A stretch of 64,000 nt of DNA from Eledone cirrhosa (taxonomy: Eukaryota), in assembly GCA_964016885.1 (NCBI GenBank), contig CAXHJY010001608.1, positions 36,596 to 100,595 of the forward strand. Direction: 5' to 3'. The notes under the pieces are model-generated. The model did no database searches and was not told where the DNA came from. It saw nothing but the letters and a program-made list of their open reading frames with translations. This document shows positions 55,501-64,000 of this stretch, one piece after another. Position numbers and translations under genes: made by a program. Position 1 is the stretch's first letter. The number at the start of each line of letters is the position of its first letter.

Positions 55501-58500
55501 AATGGCTATTTGGACTTGAAATACGAAATGAGAGAGAGAGAGGAGAGAGAGATGAAGTCTGTACCTTATGTTTACATGATTTTCTTTCGGACAGCAGGCA
55601 AAGAAATGAAATTTGGCGAAGTGAATTCCTATCATATATTTATAGGGAGAGAGAGAGAGAGAGAGAGAGAGAGTGCGAGGGTAGGGGGCCACATGATGGC
55701 TGTGGGTGTTAGGCGTTTGACCGCCCCGTGCCTTCGAAGAAGGAAGAAGGAAAGGATTTTGCTTTTTTGCTTTTTTTGGGGTTTGAAAATACGTTAGGAA
55801 TTAAGGTTTGAAAATAGCTAGCAAGAAGGTAATGATTGAGATGGGTCTATGCATTTAACAAGCGATTAACAAAAATACAAAATTTGTTCAGTTAAATACG
55901 TCCAAAAACCTAAACGTATTTAGCACTTAATAGGAACAGAAAATGTGTAGTTTGTTTTAGCGATAGAATGGCTATTTGGACTTGAAATACGAAATGAGAG
56001 AGAGAGAGGAGAGAGAGATGAAGTCTGTACCTTATGTTTACATGATTTTCTTTCGGACAGCAGGCAAAGAAATGAAATTTGGCGAAGTGAATTCCTATCA
56101 TATATTTATAGGGAGAGAGAGAGAGAGAGAGAGAGAGAGTGCGAGGGTAGGGGGCCACATGATGGCTGTGGGTGTTAGGCGTTTGACCGCCCCGTGCCTT
56201 CGAAGAAGGAAGAAGGAAAGGATTTTGCTTTTTTGCTTTTTTTGGGGTTTGAAAATACGTTAGGAATTAAGGTTTGAAAATAGCTAGCAAGAAGGTAATG
56301 ATTGAGATGGGTCTATGCATTTAACAAGCGATTAACAAAAATACAAAATTTGTTCAGTTAAATACGTCCAAAAACCTAAACGTATTTAGCACTTAATAGG
56401 AACAGAAAATGTGTAGTTTGTTTTAGCGATAGAATGGCTATTTGGACTTGAAATACGAAATGAGAGAGAGAGAGGAGAGAGAGATGAAGTCTGTACCTTA
56501 TGTTTACATGATTTTCTTTCGGACAGCAGGCAAAGAAATGAAATTTGGCGAAGTGAATTCCTATCATATATTTATAGGGAGAGAGAGAGAGAGAGAGAGA
56601 GAGAGTGCGAGGGTAGGGGGCCACATGATGGCTGTGGGTGTTAGGCGTTTGACCGCCCCGTGCCTTCGAAGAAGGAAGAAGGAAAGGATTTTGCTTTTTT
56701 GCTTTTTTTGGGGTTTGAAAATACGTTAGGAATTAAGGTTTGAAAATAGCTAGCAAGAAGGTAATGATTGAGATGGGTCTATGCATTTAACAAGCGATTA
56801 ACAAAAATACAAAATTTGTTCAGTTAAATACGTCCAAAAACCTAAACGTATTTAGCACTTAATAGGAACAGAAAATGTGTAGTTTGTTTTAGCGATAGAA
56901 TGGCTATTTGGACTTGAAATACGAAATGAGAGAGAGAGAGGAGAGAGAGATGAAGTCTGTACCTTATGTTTACATGATTTTCTTTCGGACAGCAGGCAAA
57001 GAAATGAAATTTGGCGAAGTGAATTCCTATCATATATTTATAGGGAGAGAGAGAGAGAGAGAGAGAGAGAGTGCGAGGGTAGGGGGCCACATGATGGCTG
57101 TGGGTGTTAGGCGTTTGACCGCCCCGTGCCTTCGAAGAAGGAAGAAGGAAAGGATTTTGCTTTTTTGCTTTTTTTGGGGTTTGAAAATACGTTAGGAATT
57201 AAGGTTTGAAAATAGCTAGCAAGAAGGTAATGATTGAGATGGGTCTATGCATTTAACAAGCGATTAACAAAAATACAAAATTTGTTCAGTTAAATACGTC
57301 CAAAAACCTAAACGTATTTAGCACTTAATAGGAACAGAAAATGTGTAGTTTGTTTTAGCGATAGAATGGCTATTTGGACTTGAAATACGAAATGAGAGAG
57401 AGAGAGGAGAGAGAGATGAAGTCTGTACCTTATGTTTACATGATTTTCTTTCGGACAGCAGGCAAAGAAATGAAATTTGGCGAAGTGAATTCCTATCATA
57501 TATTTATAGGGAGAGAGAGAGAGAGAGAGAGAGAGAGTGCGAGGGTAGGGGGCCACATGATGGCTGTGGGTGTTAGGCGTTTGACCGCCCCGTGCCTTCG
57601 AAGAAGGAAGAAGGAAAGGATTTTGCTTTTTTGCTTTTTTTGGGGTTTGAAAATACGTTAGGAATTAAGGTTTGAAAATAGCTAGCAAGAAGGTAATGAT
57701 TGAGATGGGTCTATGCATTTAACAAGCGATTAACAAAAATACAAAATTTGTTCAGTTAAATACGTCCAAAAACCTAAACGTATTTAGCACTTAATAGGAA
57801 CAGAAAATGTGTAGTTTGTTTTAGCGATAGAATGGCTATTTGGACTTGAAATACGAAATGAGAGAGAGAGAGGAGAGAGAGATGAAGTCTGTACCTTATG
57901 TTTACATGATTTTCTTTCGGACAGCAGGCAAAGAAATGAAATTTGGCGAAGTGAATTCCTATCATATATTTATAGGGAGAGAGAGAGAGAGAGAGAGAGA
58001 GAGTGCGAGGGTAGGGGGCCACATGATGGCTGTGGGTGTTAGGCGTTTGACCGCCCCGTGCCTTCGAAGAAGGAAGAAGGAAAGGATTTTGCTTTTTTGC
58101 TTTTTTTGGGGTTTGAAAATACGTTAGGAATTAAGGTTTGAAAATAGCTAGCAAGAAGGTAATGATTGAGATGGGTCTATGCATTTAACAAGCGATTAAC
58201 AAAAATACAAAATTTGTTCAGTTAAATACGTCCAAAAACCTAAACGTATTTAGCACTTAATAGGAACAGAAAATGTGTAGTTTGTTTTAGCGATAGAATG
58301 GCTATTTGGACTTGAAATACGAAATGAGAGAGAGAGAGGAGAGAGAGATGAAGTCTGTACCTTATGTTTACATGATTTTCTTTCGGACAGCAGGCAAAGA
58401 AATGAAATTTGGCGAAGTGAATTCCTATCATATATTTATAGGGAGAGAGAGAGAGAGAGAGAGAGAGAGTGCGAGGGTAGGGGGCCACATGATGGCTGTG

Positions 58501-61500
58501 GGTGTTAGGCGTTTGACCGCCCCGTGCCTTCGAAGAAGGAAGAAGGAAAGGATTTTGCTTTTTTGCTTTTTTTGGGGTTTGAAAATACGTTAGGAATTAA
58601 GGTTTGAAAATAGCTAGCAAGAAGGTAATGATTGAGATGGGTCTATGCATTTAACAAGCGATTAACAAAAATACAAAATTTGTTCAGTTAAATACGTCCA
58701 AAAACCTAAACGTATTTAGCACTTAATAGGAACAGAAAATGTGTAGTTTGTTTTAGCGATAGAATGGCTATTTGGACTTGAAATACGAAATGAGAGAGAG
58801 AGAGGAGAGAGAGATGAAGTCTGTACCTTATGTTTACATGATTTTCTTTCGGACAGCAGGCAAAGAAATGAAATTTGGCGAAGTGAATTCCTATCATATA
58901 TTTATAGGGAGAGAGAGAGAGAGAGAGAGAGAGAGTGCGAGGGTAGGGGGCCACATGATGGCTGTGGGTGTTAGGCGTTTGACCGCCCCGTGCCTTCGAA
59001 GAAGGAAGAAGGAAAGGATTTTGCTTTTTTGCTTTTTTTGGGGTTTGAAAATACGTTAGGAATTAAGGTTTGAAAATAGCTAGCAAGAAGGTAATGATTG
59101 AGATGGGTCTATGCATTTAACAAGCGATTAACAAAAATACAAAATTTGTTCAGTTAAATACGTCCAAAAACCTAAACGTATTTAGCACTTAATAGGAACA
59201 GAAAATGTGTAGTTTGTTTTAGCGATAGAATGGCTATTTGGACTTGAAATACGAAATGAGAGAGAGAGAGGAGAGAGAGATGAAGTCTGTACCTTATGTT
59301 TACATGATTTTCTTTCGGACAGCAGGCAAAGAAATGAAATTTGGCGAAGTGAATTCCTATCATATATTTATAGGGAGAGAGAGAGAGAGAGAGAGAGAGA
59401 GTGCGAGGGTAGGGGGCCACATGATGGCTGTGGGTGTTAGGCGTTTGACCGCCCCGTGCCTTCGAAGAAGGAAGAAGGAAAGGATTTTGCTTTTTTGCTT
59501 TTTTTGGGGTTTGAAAATACGTTAGGAATTAAGGTTTGAAAATAGCTAGCAAGAAGGTAATGATTGAGATGGGTCTATGCATTTAACAAGCGATTAACAA
59601 AAATACAAAATTTGTTCAGTTAAATACGTCCAAAAACCTAAACGTATTTAGCACTTAATAGGAACAGAAAATGTGTAGTTTGTTTTAGCGATAGAATGGC
59701 TATTTGGACTTGAAATACGAAATGAGAGAGAGAGAGGAGAGAGAGATGAAGTCTGTACCTTATGTTTACATGATTTTCTTTCGGACAGCAGGCAAAGAAA
59801 TGAAATTTGGCGAAGTGAATTCCTATCATATATTTATAGGGAGAGAGAGAGAGAGAGAGAGAGAGAGTGCGAGGGTAGGGGGCCACATGATGGCTGTGGG
59901 TGTTAGGCGTTTGACCGCCCCGTGCCTTCGAAGAAGGAAGAAGGAAAGGATTTTGCTTTTTTGCTTTTTTTGGGGTTTGAAAATACGTTAGGAATTAAGG
60001 TTTGAAAATAGCTAGCAAGAAGGTAATGATTGAGATGGGTCTATGCATTTAACAAGCGATTAACAAAAATACAAAATTTGTTCAGTTAAATACGTCCAAA
60101 AACCTAAACGTATTTAGCACTTAATAGGAACAGAAAATGTGTAGTTTGTTTTAGCGATAGAATGGCTATTTGGACTTGAAATACGAAATGAGAGAGAGAG
60201 AGGAGAGAGAGATGAAGTCTGTACCTTATGTTTACATGATTTTCTTTCGGACAGCAGGCAAAGAAATGAAATTTGGCGAAGTGAATTCCTATCATATATT
60301 TATAGGGAGAGAGAGAGAGAGAGAGAGAGAGAGTGCGAGGGTAGGGGGCCACATGATGGCTGTGGGTGTTAGGCGTTTGACCGCCCCGTGCCTTCGAAGA
60401 AGGAAGAAGGAAAGGATTTTGCTTTTTTGCTTTTTTTGGGGTTTGAAAATACGTTAGGAATTAAGGTTTGAAAATAGCTAGCAAGAAGGTAATGATTGAG
60501 ATGGGTCTATGCATTTAACAAGCGATTAACAAAAATACAAAATTTGTTCAGTTAAATACGTCCAAAAACCTAAACGTATTTAGCACTTAATAGGAACAGA
60601 AAATGTGTAGTTTGTTTTAGCGATAGAATGGCTATTTGGACTTGAAATACGAAATGAGAGAGAGAGAGGAGAGAGAGATGAAGTCTGTACCTTATGTTTA
60701 CATGATTTTCTTTCGGACAGCAGGCAAAGAAATGAAATTTGGCGAAGTGAATTCCTATCATATATTTATAGGGAGAGAGAGAGAGAGAGAGAGAGAGAGT
60801 GCGAGGGTAGGGGGCCACATGATGGCTGTGGGTGTTAGGCGTTTGACCGCCCCGTGCCTTCGAAGAAGGAAGAAGGAAAGGATTTTGCTTTTTTGCTTTT
60901 TTTGGGGTTTGAAAATACGTTAGGAATTAAGGTTTGAAAATAGCTAGCAAGAAGGTAATGATTGAGATGGGTCTATGCATTTAACAAGCGATTAACAAAA
61001 ATACAAAATTTGTTCAGTTAAATACGTCCAAAAACCTAAACGTATTTAGCACTTAATAGGAACAGAAAATGTGTAGTTTGTTTTAGCGATAGAATGGCTA
61101 TTTGGACTTGAAATACGAAATGAGAGAGAGAGAGGAGAGAGAGATGAAGTCTGTACCTTATGTTTACATGATTTTCTTTCGGACAGCAGGCAAAGAAATG
61201 AAATTTGGCGAAGTGAATTCCTATCATATATTTATAGGGAGAGAGAGAGAGAGAGAGAGAGAGAGTGCGAGGGTAGGGGGCCACATGATGGCTGTGGGTG
61301 TTAGGCGTTTGACCGCCCCGTGCCTTCGAAGAAGGAAGAAGGAAAGGATTTTGCTTTTTTGCTTTTTTTGGGGTTTGAAAATACGTTAGGAATTAAGGTT
61401 TGAAAATAGCTAGCAAGAAGGTAATGATTGAGATGGGTCTATGCATTTAACAAGCGATTAACAAAAATACAAAATTTGTTCAGTTAAATACGTCCAAAAA

Positions 61501-63493
61501 CCTAAACGTATTTAGCACTTAATAGGAACAGAAAATGTGTAGTTTGTTTTAGCGATAGAATGGCTATTTGGACTTGAAATACGAAATGAGAGAGAGAGAG
61601 GAGAGAGAGATGAAGTCTGTACCTTATGTTTACATGATTTTCTTTCGGACAGCAGGCAAAGAAATGAAATTTGGCGAAGTGAATTCCTATCATATATTTA
61701 TAGGGAGAGAGAGAGAGAGAGAGAGAGAGAGTGCGAGGGTAGGGGGCCACATGATGGCTGTGGGTGTTAGGCGTTTGACCGCCCCGTGCCTTCGAAGAAG
61801 GAAGAAGGAAAGGATTTTGCTTTTTTGCTTTTTTTGGGGTTTGAAAATACGTTAGGAATTAAGGTTTGAAAATAGCTAGCAAGAAGGTAATGATTGAGAT
61901 GGGTCTATGCATTTAACAAGCGATTAACAAAAATACAAAATTTGTTCAGTTAAATACGTCCAAAAACCTAAACGTATTTAGCACTTAATAGGAACAGAAA
62001 ATGTGTAGTTTGTTTTAGCGATAGAATGGCTATTTGGACTTGAAATACGAAATGAGAGAGAGAGAGGAGAGAGAGATGAAGTCTGTACCTTATGTTTACA
62101 TGATTTTCTTTCGGACAGCAGGCAAAGAAATGAAATTTGGCGAAGTGAATTCCTATCATATATTTATAGGGAGAGAGAGAGAGAGAGAGAGAGAGAGTGC
62201 GAGGGTAGGGGGCCACATGATGGCTGTGGGTGTTAGGCGTTTGACCGCCCCGTGCCTTCGAAGAAGGAAGAAGGAAAGGATTTTGCTTTTTTGCTTTTTT
62301 TGGGGTTTGAAAATACGTTAGGAATTAAGGTTTGAAAATAGCTAGCAAGAAGGTAATGATTGAGATGGGTCTATGCATTTAACAAGCGATTAACAAAAAT
62401 ACAAAATTTGTTCAGTTAAATACGTCCAAAAACCTAAACGTATTTAGCACTTAATAGGAACAGAAAATGTGTAGTTTGTTTTAGCGATAGAATGGCTATT
62501 TGGACTTGAAATACGAAATGAGAGAGAGAGAGGAGAGAGAGATGAAGTCTGTACCTTATGTTTACATGATTTTCTTTCGGACAGCAGGCAAAGAAATGAA
62601 ATTTGGCGAAGTGAATTCCTATCATATATTTATAGGGAGAGAGAGAGAGAGAGAGAGAGAGAGTGCGAGGGTAGGGGGCCACATGATGGCTGTGGGTGTT
62701 AGGCGTTTGACCGCCCCGTGCCTTCGAAGAAGGAAGAAGGAAAGGATTTTGCTTTTTTGCTTTTTTTGGGGTTTGAAAATACGTTAGGAATTAAGGTTTG
62801 AAAATAGCTAGCAAGAAGGTAATGATTGAGATGGGTCTATGCATTTAACAAGCGATTAACAAAAATACAAAATTTGTTCAGTTAAATACGTCCAAAAACC
62901 TAAACGTATTTAGCACTTAATAGGAACAGAAAATGTGTAGTTTGTTTTAGCGATAGAATGGCTATTTGGACTTGAAATACGAAATGAGAGAGAGAGAGGA
63001 GAGAGAGATGAAGTCTGTACCTTATGTTTACATGATTTTCTTTCGGACAGCAGGCAAAGAAATGAAATTTGGCGAAGTGAATTCCTATCATATATTTATA
63101 GGGAGAGAGAGAGAGAGAGAGAGAGAGAGTGCGAGGGTAGGGGGCCACATGATGGCTGTGGGTGTTAGGCGTTTGACCGCCCCGTGCCTTCGAAGAAGGA
63201 AGAAGGAAAGGATTTTGCTTTTTTGCTTTTTTTGGGGTTTGAAAATACGTTAGGAATTAAGGTTTGAAAATAGCTAGCAAGAAGGTAATGATTGAGATGG
63301 GTCTATGCATTTAACAAGCGATTAACAAAAATACAAAATTTGTTCAGTTAAATACGTCCAAAAACCTAAACGTATTTAGCACTTAATAGGAACAGAAAAT
63401 GTGTAGTTTGTTTTAGCGATAGAATGGCTATTTGGACTTGAAATACGAAATGAGAGAGAGAGAGGAGAGAGAGATGAAGTCTGTACCTTATGT
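52553..63493. repeat. Tandem array of a 466-bp monomer: 23 full copies plus a 223-bp partial copy
   Basis: Exact 466-bp period (52553, 53019, ...); the ORF track gives identical translations for every unit; the internal (GA)n lengths appear constant. Confidence 0.98.
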
Positions 63494-64000
63494 ATATATA
63501 TTAACCTTCATCTTTTGTAATTATGAATATTAATTCTCTTGTCACCTGAACTGTCCTCAATAACAAGAACCTTAATATATTTTATCCAGTCTAGAAGAAT
63601 AAAATATAAAATTCACCTCAGTGGGATTTGAACTCACAATATTAAAAACCAGGACAAATACTGCAATGGTAGGTTATCTGACACTCTACCAATTCTGTCA
63701 TTCTACCATCTTTGTTTAAATCTATATTAAAGTAAATGTAGAATATATTTGTCCTACCATTTGAAATTCTACTGAAATCATCTCAGAACAACACAGTAGT
63801 GTTTCAATAGAGCTGTTATTTATTAAATCATTTATTTAAACCGTCCGTATCTGGCCAGAATTCTCTGACATTTTCTGTTCTAACTGGCCCTAACAGGCCG
63901 CTCATGCTGATGTTAAGGTATTGTTCCCAAAATATATCTCATAGATTCAATATTTTGTGAGATAATTATGTTTACTGAGAAAATATAACAGTAAATATAG

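Noticed and set aside
52648-63253. Repeated 82-aa and 95-aa ORFs as a tandem gene array
   Set aside because: They start at non-ATG codons (GTG/TTG), cross (GA)n microsatellites, have no recognisable domain, and simply mirror the DNA repeat
52553-63493. CRISPR-like array or hammerhead retrozyme
   Set aside because: No unique spacers, eukaryotic context, and no CTGANGA core on either strand of the monomer

Overview
This is an AT-rich, repeat-saturated animal genome window. The (TA)n/(GGT)n load, RTE LINEs, tRNA-derived SINEs and tandem C2H2 gene point to a cephalopod/octopus-type genome (inference). It holds about ten RTE-clade LINE copies or fragments, Penelope-like remnants (RT, GIY-YIG and several minimal type I hammerhead ribozymes), SINEs, a non-autonomous Helitron, nested direct and inverted local duplications, and an 11-finger C2H2 gene with two in-frame stops. 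The standout feature is a single ~14.7-kb insertion (48764-63493, minus strand). It consists of an intact 1120-codon APE-RT RTE ORF with a PHD-type finger, fused at its 5' end to ~23.5 apparently identical 466-bp monomers. A paralogous empty site at ~45.96-46.07 kb shows that the LINE and the array together interrupt one site in a C2H2-gene paralog. Most long low-complexity ORFs in the track are microsatellite artefacts. Repeat boundaries were read by eye and are approximate.
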